A stretch of 64,000 bases of DNA. Origin: Ylistrum balloti (lineage: Eukaryota). Made by a program: the position numbers and the translations under genes. The stretch spans positions 372,001 to 436,000 of the forward strand of contig NW_026782308.1 in NCBI RefSeq assembly GCF_031769215.1. The letters run 5' to 3'. The notes under the pieces are model-generated. The model was given only the letters and a program-made list of their open reading frames with translations, made no database searches and had not been told where the DNA came from. Shown here piece by piece: positions 13,999 to 26,944 of the stretch. The first letter of the stretch is position 1, and each line of letters opens with the position of its first letter.

Positions 13999-14675
13999 TT
14001 TTTGCTCACCTGGCTGAAAGGTTGAAAGGCAAACTGCAGTGTCCGAAATCTTCTGACGTCGGTCAACTTTTACTATATATTGCAACTATTCAGTAACAGC
14101 TGAACGATTTTAATAAAATTTGGTTTAAAATATCCTTGGGAAAGAGGAACCAACTTTGTATAAATGATGGGTCTGCTCCCCCAGGGGGTCCGAGGGATGG
14201 GGCCCAATTTCGTCTGAAGTACGCTTGGGTGAAGGGAAATCAATTTTGTATAAAGGTTGGGTCTTAGCCACTGGGGCCAGAGGGGCGTGGCATATTAGGG
14301 AAAATCTATCAATTTCTTTTAAATATATCTAGTTCTTATGTAGGAATGCCTGCATTCTGTCCCAGTTTGGTGTGAGACATGCTTTGGAGAAAGGGATCAA
14401 TTTTTTTATAAACAATGGGTTTCGGTTCATTGGAACCAGAGGGCTGGGGCCAAATAGTGGGCACTGAGCAAATTGTTAAAGTCTTTACTCTATTGGAACT
14501 GAGACAATCTTGGTGAAGAGAGCTATTTACAAATAGCTGCATCTAACCCCCACTTACAGGAGGGTCTAGCCTATAATGGGGGAAAAGTGTTTTAAATACT
14601 TTTTACTGAATTGAAATAAATCAATTTTCGCAAACTAAATCAGATAAGTGATATAGGCTTTATGGGCCTATTGTT
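13999..14675 (-). mobile_element. Decayed non-autonomous Helentron/Pearl-like element (HINE)
   Basis: Left end tttttgctcacctggctgaaagg. Right end gataagtgatataggctttatgggcctattgttttt is the reverse-complement homologue of the aacaagaggcccatgggcc...tctga end of the 22342 element. Internal degenerate repeats. Confidence 0.55.
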
Positions 14676-17600
14676 TTTATAAGTAACAGTGAAAATAGGA
14701 GATTATTAAGGTCATCTAACCAGGTCAAGTCAATTACTTGATGGGTTTTGATGAAATTTAATTGATTTCAAATACAGATCTGCAACACCATTTTAAAAAA
14801 TATTGTTTTTGCCAATGATTAACTTTGTAATTTAAATGTTCCTGTGCTTTACAAGAGTATACAAGGACACCATAAATATTTCAAAATCTTCATAAATATT
14901 TGGATCTAAATGAAACATCATTCACACAACCTTTTCTTGACCCTTCTTTGATCTCTCTGGCATTTCCTTGATATGATAAAAGCTCTCCATGTTAGGAAAG
15001 ATATTTTCACAAACCCTCCAATATATTTGCCATGAAACGCTTTCACAAACCCCTTTATATATTCAAGTATCTGTTTTCACTACATATTTAATTTGTTAAC
15101 GAAAATGTCCCTCCTCGTATAAGCCAAGCATCTATATGCTATTCATTAGAAAATGTTTATCAGTCCTTTAAAAGATTGACAACTTCTTCAACCTTTGATA
15201 GTCAGTCCATGATATTGGCTATGCAACTCCTCATTTAAATTCTGGTTATCTTTGAAATTGATTTTACATAGACAAAAACTCACTAGTTCATATGTAGGAA
15301 ATTTGACCTCTGACCTTGACATTTGTTAAAGAACTTATTTCTTTCTGATCAACTTTGCTTCATATGTGATAAAATATATTCTATTGATGTGTGACCCAGT
15401 CACCTTTAGCTTGCTCAATTTCACATATCTTCACATTTTAAACTTTGACATTGATCACTGACCTGGTCATTTTGATAGGTCAGGTGCCTTTGATGATTTA
15501 TTAAAGTCAACTGTGCTTTGTAATGTCATAAAATCTTTAACTAAAAATACTTAGTGTAAATAAATTTTTTAGCAATAGTAACTTTTAGCTGAAGGTCATA
15601 GTGACCTTACCACAGGCCAGTTGGTAAAGCCAGATAGTAATATATGAACGGATATAATTAAAGTTTCAACATATTATGTTACATGGTTCAAAGTAACAGG
15701 TGGGAAAATATGCAAAGAAAATATACTTTCACTTCTAACCTTGAGAACAAGTTCAGTGACCTAATTCCATTAAATGGCGAGACATTATCAGCAAGAGGGA
15801 GCATGTTCACTCACAAGTTTCACATTTCCTTCCCCATTTTTAACAAACTGTCGTCACCTTGCATCTGTAGTCCGTTGTCTTTCCATCTGTTGCCAATCGT
15901 TATACAGTTATTTTGATTTTGGGACTGATCAGAAGAACCGTGTGGTTGACAGTCAGCCAGCTTTGATTTTTTCTTAAGAAGTACTATGTGGACTTCACAA
16001 ACTTTGCCTTTAAAAGCCAGTATTTATCAGCCCAATCTAAAAAAAAACCAGAAAACTTCCCAAAAATACTTATGCCCTCAGGATTGGAATTAGTCTTTAA
16101 GTGAACCAAATTTGAACCAATCTGGATAAAATGAGAATACCTGACACTACACAACCACAGGCTCCTCACGACATTAAAATGCAGCTTAGAAGTCTTAAAT
16201 TATGATCAAGAAAGAAAACAAGACTTAATACATTTTTTCTTTTTAATATTCTCATCTGCAAAGCTGTGTTACACCAATTGAATCTTGTCTGTTGTTGTTG
16301 GAACCCAGAAAACAAAAATGTTTCAATCTTATACTCTTTCAATGAACAACAGTGAAAACTTTACAACGTGAATTTATCAATTAATACATAGTTTGTAAGA
16401 GTGACATCTGATATACACACCATTCAACCTTTATTGATTCAGATTTATCTGCAAATTCTATAATATAAATTCATGTATATGTATTATTAGCCTTTACATC
16501 AATTTCCCCAACACAGTAACTGATATTTTAATCACTTTCCTGAAATGAAATTATTACTGAACATTGACCCACAGTATGTGTTAAAGAATTCTTGATTGAA
16601 TTTTCGCAATAATAATTATATAAAAGAACACACACGAAGAATCGACAGTGATATTAACACAATCAGCTGAAATCTTTAAGCTTTAAAAAAAATTATTTGA
16701 AATACCATTTTGGACAATTTTCTTTTCTAGAAAATTTCTCTTTACTCATGTTGAATAAGTTACAACACATTCGTTACAACCAAGTTGAAACTAGGGACTG
16801 AATGATCACTTAACTTAAGCTGAGGTACACATATTTCTTTGATCCATCAGAAATATTTGAATCCATGTCTGAAAGCTTTTCTCCTTTTTTGACTCCATCC
16901 CTTAGAAACTGGAATTTCTTCACATTAACTTCAAAGAACAATTTCCAAACTTAGAAATAAGATATTTTGGCCTATTTTATCCATTTTTTACTACCTAACA
17001 CTGTCTGCCACACAACAGATTAAGTTAGGTCAGACAAAACAACAGCAATAGTATATACCTCAAGTAATAGAATGAAAAGTCACCTGGTACTTATTGTTTC
17101 CTCTGATTTTTGATACAAGATTAAACAAAATGACATTAATATTGGAAAATCCTACATTTACCTATACCTTTTAAAAGTTTTTGACATTATGGAGGTATAC
17201 CTTGGTATCATGTAATTATCACTGTTACATGTGTCTAGAAATAGTGACTAATCACCACAATATGGATATAGATACTGGCGACTTTCATACCTTGGTACAC
17301 TTCTCAATAAACAAATTAAAAAGACGTAGGTGATAGCCCAAGTTACATAAAAACCAAATCTAGGAAAGATGAAGTGTTTGTCACGTAAAGAAGGGTCTGG
17401 TTATGACATATGATATTATTATACCTATGACCTTAGTTAATCAAAAACACATTGAAATTTCGTTAGTCCTATTTGTTACCTTGTTTTCTTAAAAAAAATC
17501 TGAAGCTCTTTCTCACAGCATTCTAGTTATATGTATATTGAAGCTATTTACAGGTTGCTTTTAATCACATCAGCATTCAACTCAATTTCAAGTGCACACC

Positions 17601-19026
17601 AATTTTCAGAACTAGGAAGTCATTCTACATCTTCTACAGAGAGCACAGAATCAATTATTAGTGAAGAACACTGAACATGACGCATGAAATTGTCAGAGTT
17701 TAGACAGGCAAAGAAAGTCAGTAACATTAACAAAACACAATTAACATATACATTTTCTACACATTGGAATTTGTATGAATCACAAAATGCTGTGTGTCCC
17801 GTTGTAGTACCTTTGACACAAAGTAATCTCCCTTACCGGCTGCCCTTACCCCATTTAAAATGAATATCCCTCACTGGCTGTCCTTCCTTTAATATGATCG
17901 AACCCATCTCCGTGCCAGAAAACATTGCACTAATCTAAAGATCTGACTAAACAGCAAGATAAATCGAACATTTTAAAATAAAAATACATATGTATTGATG
18001 TGAATTATTTTCTTTCAGAAATGACATTTTTGTTATCAATTTCCTGCTGTATGGTTTTGTCCAAGAGAAGCATTGAATGTCTATTGCTTCAAGAGACAAA
18101 TCAGTCACCATGTTAAGGGTTCTGATCACATGGCCTTTGTTTCCATATTGCATCAAGTTGTACTTTCCAATTTTATGAATAACCAACAAATACGGTTTAC
18201 TGAGATTATTTCACTGTCACCAATGCAAGATGTTTTGCACAAAAGGGACAATCACATCTAAAGCGTGTTACATTTTTTTGTCCAATTCAGTTGTCTCTAA
18301 AGCCTTGTTCTAGAAAACACATTTTAAAATTAGTTTTTGTATATTGTAATTTACTGTGCTTAATTTCAATTTAACTGTTGAATTTTCTATTGTATAAATT
18401 AGAAGGCAAAACTTTCAAACAAAATAGATAGATAAATGAAACAACTCTATTGGACATTAACCAAGAAAAAAATCAATATGAAATACAATGTACATGTATT
18501 ATCAATAGGAAATATACAAGAAATCAGCTGTACTAATAAAATGGTTGATAGAATGACTGACACTCAAGTCATAGTTAGAACATAAATGAACCGATACTGC
18601 ATATCATAGGATTGCATATCAGGTTTTCTGAGTTAATCATTTTAAAAGACAGTCTAACTTTTCTCGATGCAACATAAATTAACCTCATGTAAAACAAAAG
18701 GAAGCTTTAAGAACAATGATACCTGTCACTACTACCTTATGGTGTATTTCCTTTACACTAAACCAATACTATCTAATATCAATCACATTCTAATAAAAAT
18801 CTGTTCCAAACATGTGGACAATTATCATTTATGATTTCTTCTTGAAAAAAGGCCACAGTGATCTGCTGTAATTCAAAACCAAGGCCAAAATTTGTAAAAT
18901 ATGAAATAAACAGATATATCGACAGAAAAGTGCCATGATGTTTCCACGGTGACAGCTAAACAATGGTAAATCACAAACAAAGATGTTTGCAAGTCACCAT
19001 GCATAAACTGGACATCATCCAAACTC

Positions 19027-22000
19027 TTAATCTGATGGCCGTTTCTCGGCATGCTTTTTTGTGTGCTCTTCTGCATTTTTCATAAACTGTTTGTGATCTC
19101 TGGAAAACTCCTCAGCTATGTCTGCTCTGAGTGGATGATCTGGTTCAGGGTCATTGACTAAACTAACTAGAGCCTGAATCACTGAAATATAAACCATGAA
19201 TGAAAGTAAACATAAAACTTATATGCCAATGCTCCTACATTAACCAATTACAAAGAAATTTTTTTTAGTGATCATTTAAACACCATTAACATCATGTGTG
19301 TCTGTTATAAAGACAAAATCATTGACAAAGGGATGTAAAGAACATCCATTTAAAAGATCAAAAACTCAGGAATGAATCCTTTATTAGAATGAAAATCAAA
19401 TAGAGTGTTAAAAAAGATATGGGATTGGTTTTTTTTTCTTTTTTTTTTGGTGGTGGGTGGGGGGGGGGGAGGGAGGGGATAATAAGTGGGCAGGCATAAT
19501 ATAGTTGATAAGAAGGGCATACCTTTGCAGGCGACCATAACTTATTGAACAGTTGCTTGCAAAGTCATGTCATTTATAATTAACCGTTAATGCCACATAA
19601 TGTAATCGTAGTTCAATGTTTCAGTAGAGCCATCAATATTTAATTACACATGTATTGAACCATCAAATCTCTCCTCAAATGGTCCATCAAACTTTATAGC
19701 ATGTCACACCACTAGACTTACCCTGGTCGGTCTTTGTTGCTGGTTTCCAATTTTCTGCACTTATGATTGGTAAACATACTTGTCCCTTTTCATCAACATT
19801 TGGATGGTAGATTTTTGTCTTAAATGTAATTTTAGGAGGTTTGAATGGATATTCTGCTGGAAAATTTATCTCTATCCGAAATGCTCCTTTATTATATGGT
19901 GGAATATCCTGGAAAAAAAGGTAATCAGATAATCTCTATAACTTGTAAACAAAAAAAACTTTCTCATTTAGAACATAACAAGAGAATATCCAAATACAAT
20001 ATCAGTTATCAAAGCACAAGGAACTACAGACAAAACAGTCAAAATGGTTCATCCTCGTCATGTTTAAGTGATATGGTCAGTATCTACCAAAACAAAGAGG
20101 ACAGACACTCCCAATTGGATCTTAGAAGAGGGATAATCTGAAGACTTTTGCATCATTTGATCAAAATTTAAAAGGTAATTTAATAACCAAACTGGCAAAA
20201 GTGTACAATGTTTACAAGAGTAAGAAATAAGGAATAAATTTGGGGTGAATACATTACTTTATAATGTTGTGTTGTAAAGAAAGTTATTAGTCAACCTGAC
20301 CTTTGACAATGGCTACTTACAGTTGACCTCATATATTACATGTTACTTCAAATGATTTAATGCTGTGTGTTACTACTTAAAATCCAAAATTTCTCTGTTC
20401 GCTTGGTTTAAAGCCACGGTGACCAATCACTCTGAGGTGGGGTTTTCTAGAAATAGCTGTACATCAATGGACATGATGCAAGTACACATCAAAACACATT
20501 TTTTTTTTATTTTCAAAACTCCATGTTTTCACATAGCCACTATAGGATTAATGGACAACCAAGTAACGCATGTCTGTAAGGTTGGCCAACCCAGTAATGA
20601 ACCAGTTAAGTTTTGTTGATAATCCCACTACAGATAAGGGAACTTACCGAGACCAGGAGTCCATTCCAGATTAATATATTGCTCTCATCTACTGCTATGT
20701 TTTTGAAACTTGTTTTTGGCTGACTCTGTAAATCTGCAAGTTCCTGAAACATAAAGATGTATTTTTTTTACTACAGAGGGTTGATACATATACAAACTCA
20801 CACATACAATAAGTTTTGTGACAATCTTATTTCTGGTGATCATGATACCACAATGCTATTTGGATATCAAAACCGACATGTTTTAATCCAGGTTTCAAAA
20901 TGAACAATAGATGATGTTTGTGTCATACATAATACTGATTGTAAAATGCTGTAATCAAGTCTGTAAGATGATACCAAAATTTTGTATAACATGACCAATA
21001 GTAAAATGGTTTGGAAAACATCTGATAACGGCACATAAACAAGAGGTGATGTTTGTGATATGTATTTTCCAGCATAAAAAAGTCTGTATTTTTGGAGGAA
21101 ATGTAAAATTGCGTTTTTATAGAACTGTCAGGAAGTCCTTTTGTAAATTAATCAAAAAACGTTTATATAGGATTTCCATTTTGTAACCTTGATCTGAATG
21201 ATTTTTAATTCAGGATTTTGTGATGGCTCAAGCAACAAAGGTTTCCAAACCAAACTTTGAGCAACTGGTCCCAAAAGGAACTAACAGGGAATGACATATT
21301 ACTAATCTTGTTTTCATACATTTTGGCGTGATTTGTTCTTTTTACTTTGGGGTAGGTATAATATAGCTACCCCAAAGTAAAAAGAAAAAATATTATAATA
21401 TATAGGACCTCTGGTTATAATTACAGTGAGAGAGCAAGAGATTGCCAGTTAATGAACCAATCTAGGCATTTTATTTCTCCTTTTCATTTAAAATTTGGTG
21501 ATTTTAAACCATTCAAAATGTAATTAATTATATATAAATGACTGAAAGGCTTTGTTGGAGGTATTCTGCAAAGAACATGTGCAGGAAAGGCGAAAAGAAT
21601 TTTCCTACTGTATCTAATGATATTGCTTGTGGTAAGAGGCAGTTTATTGTAGTGCACATAGTATAGGTCAGGAGACTGTATTCTTCAGTCCTCAAATGTC
21701 CCCTAAACATGTCTGAGTCCCTGTTGTATTCAACTATATGATTGTAGGAGGAGACTGAAAGTGCCTCCTCCCTCGTGCAGAATTAGGGGTATTCTACTGT
21801 GTCTTCTGTTGAGGAGACACTGAAGAAAATCAAGACAAATCTGCTTTCCACTCATCGGAGTTTTGCAGATCTGAATGATTTTTTCCTTAATTTCCTGTCT
21901 GCTCTTTCTTCCCGTACTTTGTTTTCCAATCTTGGTGTCTATCTTTTTACCAATTGTTGACGATGGCTTTTGTGAGGACATTTAGCCTCATAAAAACTAA

Positions 22001-25000
22001 CCACAAACAGTTTGCTAAAGAACATGAATTACAGTGGTATCATTTGCAGTGTAAAAGCAATAGCTTAGTATAGCTTGTTGATAGCATTACATCAATTTCT
22101 GTCAACAAAATGCTTCTTTGGCTATGTTGACTGCTATAAAGCAGTGAATTTAAACATATGTAACAAAGTTAATAAAAAAGCAATAATGGCACAGACTGTC
22201 ATCTTTATTGCACTGGCATATATGTTCTTAAACTGGATTGGTGCCTACAAAATCTCAAAATCAACCTTTGTGGTGTATTGGTTGAGACTTGGGAAATTCA
22301 TTAAAAAAAGGAAAACGAAAATGGGCCAGGGGAGTAGAAAAAACAAGAGGCCCATGGGCCTTAACGGTCATCTGACAAAAAGCAAGCCAAACCTAGAAAG
22401 TGGGTTGAGGTCATTCATTTGAACAAACTTGGTAGCCTCTCCTCCAAGCATCTCACAGGCCCAATATCAGCACTCATGGACTTTTGCTTGTTGAGAAGAA
22501 GTCGTTTGTATATTTTAACATATTTGACCCCTGTGACCTTGAAAGTGGGTTGAGGTCATTCATTTGAATAAACTTGGTAGCCTTTCCTCCCAGCATGCTA
22601 CAGACCCAATATCGGCACTCATAGACTTTTGCTTATTGAGATGAAGTCCTTTGTATATTTTAACATATTTGACCCCTGTGACCTTGAAAGTGGGCCAAGG
22701 TCATTCAGTTGAACAAACTTTGTAGGGCTCCATGCCAGCATGCTATGGGCCAAGTATTAGCCCCCTAGGCCTTCTAGTATTTGAGAAGAAGTTATTTAAA
22801 GATTTTGACATATTTGACCCCTGCGACCTTGAAAGTTGTTCAAGGTCATTCATTTGAATAAACTTGGTAGCCTTTCCTCCCAGCATGCTACAGACCCAAT
22901 ATCGGCACTCATAGACTTTTGCTTATTGAGATGAAGTCCTTTGTATATTTTAACATATTTGACCCCTGTGACCTTGAAAGTGGGCCAAGGTCATTCATTT
23001 GAACAAACTTTGTAGGGCTCCATGCCAGCATGCTATGGGCCAAGTATTAGCCCCCTAGGCCTTCTAGTATTTGAGAAGAAGTTATTTAAAGATTTTGACA
23101 TATTTGACCCCTGTGACCTTGAAAGTTGTTCAAGGTCATTCATTTAAACAAACTTGATAGCCCTTCATCCCAGCATGCCACAGGCACAATATCAGCAATC
23201 TGAGCCTTTTGGTTATTGAGAAGAAGTTGTTTAAAGATTTTAACATATTTGACCCCTGTGACCTTTAAAGTGGGTCAAGGTCATTCATTTGAACAAACTT
23301 GGTAGTCCTTCATCCCAGCATGTCACAGGCCCAATATCTACACTCTGAGCCTTTTGGTTAATGAGAAGAAGTTGTTTAAAGATTTTAACATATTTGACCC
23401 CTGTGACCTTTAAAGTGGGTCAAGGTCATTCATTTGAACAAACTTGGTAGAGCTCCATGCCAGTATCCTCTGTGCCAAGTATTAGCCCCCTAGACCTTCT
23501 AGTATTTGAGAAGAAGTCGTTTGAATGAAAAGTTTACGGACGGCGCACGGCGGACGACGACGGACGAAGCATGATGACCTAAAAAGAGAGCGTTATAACA
23601 GAGTGGATATGTCTATGGTTTCAGTCTCTTAACTGACAACTAGAGCAAACATCTTTGTGTTTGACTCAGACTGATAGAGTCATGGACTTTCAAACCAAAG
23701 TAGCAGGTTAAATTCCTCAATGGGTGCTTCCGATTGACAGGAATGTGTTTTCCATACATACTAAGCTTATTAGACCTTTTTTCTTGTGTAAATGGATTAA
23801 GTTTACCTTAGAAAATCCCTACATACTAAGCTTATTAGACCTTTATTTCTTGTGTAAATGGATTAAGTTTACCTTAGAAAATACAACAACACTTAAAACT
23901 GAAAGTATTATCAAAATTCATAGTAGACCAGTCAAAAGGACAACACTATGATATACAAGTATTCAACATGTACAGGGAATACAGCTACGACGAATACAAA
24001 AATTGATTTTAGCTTGGGTAAAAGCAGAGTAGTGGGTTAAACATTGGAATGTAACAATCATGATCGTATCGATGGCGACTGTATTACTTTTTTGTAACAG
24101 AATGTAATATTTCTTACTTATATGTTTTAGCAATTAATGGCAGATAAAGGTAAAAATTTTACTTCTTTCGTTGATAGGGCGACACTTTTGTTTTCTATTT
24201 GTAGCCATAGTGGCGAGCCTTTCCTCAAAGTCTTCTTACTTAGTTGATTCTGAATGTAGGCCTTGATTAGGCCTCTATACTCGGATCCAAATTTTGTCTT
24301 GCATAATTATTCATGTAGTCACTCCTAGTTGATGTAATGGTTGGTTGGCTGTCCACTACCCTGTACATTTTGTCTTCTGATTTCCAGAAGTTGTCCAATC
24401 AATTTTCGAAAGTATTTAGGGTTGGCGATCTGACCACTTTTTCTGGCAATGAATTCCAGGTTATTCACTACTCTCTGCATAAATTAATATTTCCTTATGT
24501 CTAATCTACATCTTCATTTCTCCAGTGATAGTGAGTTCCCTTGAGTACATTTTTTTCTGGTTCACTCTTAATAAGTTTTATGCTGCATTGTCAAAAAGGC
24601 CACTCAGTATTTTATACACTTCCACCATGTCTCCTCTGTCCCTTCGATATTTCAGTGATGGCAAATTTATGTATCTCATTCTATCCTCATATACGATATT
24701 TTTCAACCCTGGTAGACGCTTTGTTGCCCTTCTCTGCACACTCTCTTGTAACTTAATGTCCTGTATTTGGTCAAGATTCCAGATACTGGTCCCATATTCC
24801 AGGTATGTCCTGACAAATGCCTTATACAATAAACAGAACAATCTTTTATCAAGAGAGGTATATGTTCTTCTTACAATTCTTAGGACTCTGTTTGCCTTGT
24901 TCACTGCTGATTGGATGTGTTGTTTAAAACTCAAATTTCTGTCAACAAATGTGCCCAAATCTTTCTGTACACTCTCTTCACTTAACTGAACTGTACTAGT

Positions 25001-26922
25001 GTCTCCTGTGTCCTTGTAAAGATGTAGACTATCTCTGTTAGTATCCCTACCTATTCTCATCCAATGGCATTTAGAAGCCATTCATCTGACCAGCACTGCA
25101 AGTTATCTAAATCCTTCTGTAGATCTTTCCCCTTCCTAGTATAAGTATATACTTTTGTGTCATCTGCAAATAGCCAGTTGAAAGATTCTACTACCTCCGG
25201 CAAGTCATTTATGTACAAGACGAAGGGCATTGGTCCAAGGGCACTCCCCTGTGGTATGCCACTTGGGACTTCCCGCCATCCTAATGTCTGACCATTTACA
25301 TTCACCTGCTGACGCATATCTGACAAAAGTCCCTTTATCCAGTTTCTCACCTTCTCCGATATTCCATACGAGTCCAACTTTCCCAGCAGCCTCCAGCTTT
25401 TTTAAAATCTATATAAACAACATCCACACTCCCACCTTCATCAAGTATTTCTGTCCAGTGGTCCATAACTTTCAAAAGTTGTAATACTGTTGATCTCCTT
25501 TTTACAAACCCAAACTGTCTATTGCTCAATAATTGATTCTTTACCAAGTGCTCCATCACCCTTGAACGAATAATTTTTTCCATCATCTCGCATATCACAC
25601 TGGTCAAACTGACTGATCTGTAGCTGCCTGCTAGCCTTCTGTCTCCTTTTTTGTAAAGAGCTGTAATTTTGGCCTCCTTCCAAACATCTGGTAGCTCTCC
25701 CTCCTTTAAAGTTTGGTTTAATTTAAATTTTTAATGGTTTGATTATGACATCCTTTATTTCCTTCAACAGCCTTGGGTGTATATCATCTGGTCCTTGGGA
25801 TTTATTGGGGTTGAGATCTGAAATAATCTTCTCAATTTCATCCTCTGTTATTTCCCAATCTACAAAGTGACCATTAATATCCTTATGTGGCAGTTTAGGT
25901 ACATCTCCAGGGCTCCCGATATTCGGCCCCATTCCAAATGCAAAACAGTATCTTTTTTTCCCAATTTAGACCCCAAGTTTTCCTAATTCTAAGAAAACGC
26001 CGCAATTTTTCCAAATTCTATGGGCCCCGGAACCCCAGTCCCAAAATGGGGTGTGATAGCCCTGATCTCCATCTGGCTCTTTGGTAAACACACTAGTGAA
26101 GAAATCAACCAAGGTTCTACTTTCTCTTCATCACTTTTTGCTATGTGCTTGATTCTGTTATTTTCAAATACATTTAGTTCTGCGATTCCACTTTTGCTTT
26201 TAGCTTTTGAATTAGCATATTTCCAAAACTTTTTAGGATTCGTTTTCACATTCTCTGTAATTACTCTCTCTTTATGCTTCTTTGCATTCCTCACAAGTTT
26301 TTTCACTTTATTCCTGGCTTTTGTATACTCTCTATATTTCTCTTCCTCTTTAAGTTTTTTGGTTGAAGTTGACATTTTATCAATACCCCACACAAATATG
26401 AATCTGATGCATCCATGATCATTATTTCCTAATGCACTATGTACTTCAAGATCTTCAATCATGTTTTCTTCACTAGTAAATTCTAAATCCAGCAAGCTAG
26501 GTTCCTGGTTTTTCCTTAATCTTGTTGGAGTGTCCCTTAGTTTCCAGGAATTGGTACTCGTATTTGTTGTTATGATCAGTTGCACAATTTCCCTAGTTTA
26601 TATAGCGGTAATTGAAATCCCCCAGAATTAGTTTGTAAGAATAGCCCAAATCGCCAGCCTCATGTAACAATAAGTTTAACCTCTTGTTGTTTTCGTCAGA
26701 GCTATTAGGGCTTCTGTTCACCCAACCCAACAAAAATTTATTTTCGCCATTGAAGTATCGAAGTATTGTTTAAAGTATCCATGGGTAAACCCTCTTGATT
26801 ACCGGATGCAAAATACCGAATGAAAAAATATTCTGTGTTTTTATAGTACATAATTATTTCCCCATTTTATCTAGAAAATTCCTTATAGTGTTTACCTTCG
26901 AAAGTCGCCTGGTCGCTGCCAT
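19027..26922 (-). CDS. UBE2L3: Ubiquitin-conjugating enzyme E2 L3 (UbcH7), 154 aa; exons 26922-26896, 20743-20648, 19908-19722, 19181-19027
   Basis: MAATRRLSK|[10 protein letters not shown]...[14 protein letters not shown]|[62 protein letters not shown]|[21 protein letters not shown]...KRPSD*. Includes the HPN motif and catalytic Cys. Exons are 27/96/187/155 nt, all GT-AG. Confidence 0.97.
22342..23585 (+). mobile_element. Helentron-associated / Pearl(CvA)-like element with ~8 internal 145-bp repeats
   Basis: Starts aacaagaggcccatgggcc (palindrome). Units begin at 22396, 22541, 22686, 22831, 22976, 23121, 23266 and 23411, each with a gacctt.aaagt...aaggtc hairpin. Ends with an (ACGG/GACG)-like microsatellite followed by an A-run, as in bivalve HINE/Pearl elements. 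Confidence 0.8.
23758..23882. repeat. Local ~64-bp tandem duplication
   Basis: actaagcttattagacct...gtaaatggattaagtttaccttagaaaat occurs twice in succession. Confidence 0.8.
24235..26790 (-). mobile_element. 5'-truncated, frameshifted CR1-clade LINE (endonuclease + RT remnant) in UBE2L3 intron 1
   Basis: EN motifs NRSPNS, ILGDFNY, SLLDL.FT and LG.NDH. RT motifs QFGF...[28 protein letters not shown] and DLG..VD..LSF..HI, then C-terminal YLEYG..IWN and RRDRGDM. 3' end ...aatcaactaagtaag at ~24235. Confidence 0.92.
25908..26064. mobile_element. 157-bp MITE with CAGGGCT terminal inverted repeats and 5-bp TSD (ATCTC), nested in the CR1
   Basis: CAGGGCT at 25908 and AGCCCTG ending at 26064; ATCTC at 25903-25907 and 26065-26069. 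Removing the MITE and one TSD copy restores the LINE frame [12 protein letters not shown]. Confidence 0.85.
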
Positions 26923-26934
26923 CTTTTTTCCTGT

Positions 26935-26944
26935 GTCACGTGAC
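26935..26944. promoter_or_regulatory. Palindromic CLEAR/extended E-box GTCACGTGAC just upstream of the UBE2L3 ATG
   Basis: Perfect 10-bp palindrome 13 nt upstream of the start codon; this is the MiT/TFE and USF consensus. Confidence 0.55.

Noticed and set aside
14930-15075. Open minus-strand segment with AG/GT boundaries (ILEYIKGFVKAF...)
   Set aside because: No recognisable homology and a weak donor; could not be linked to other exons.
21550-21950. Possible L1/Tx1 endonuclease remnant (MIVGGD*KC)
   Set aside because: A single short motif with no supporting neighbours; needs a profile search.
24525-26418. Plus-strand ORFs of 154, 132, 84 and 71 aa
   Set aside because: Antisense shadows of the CR1 coding strand.
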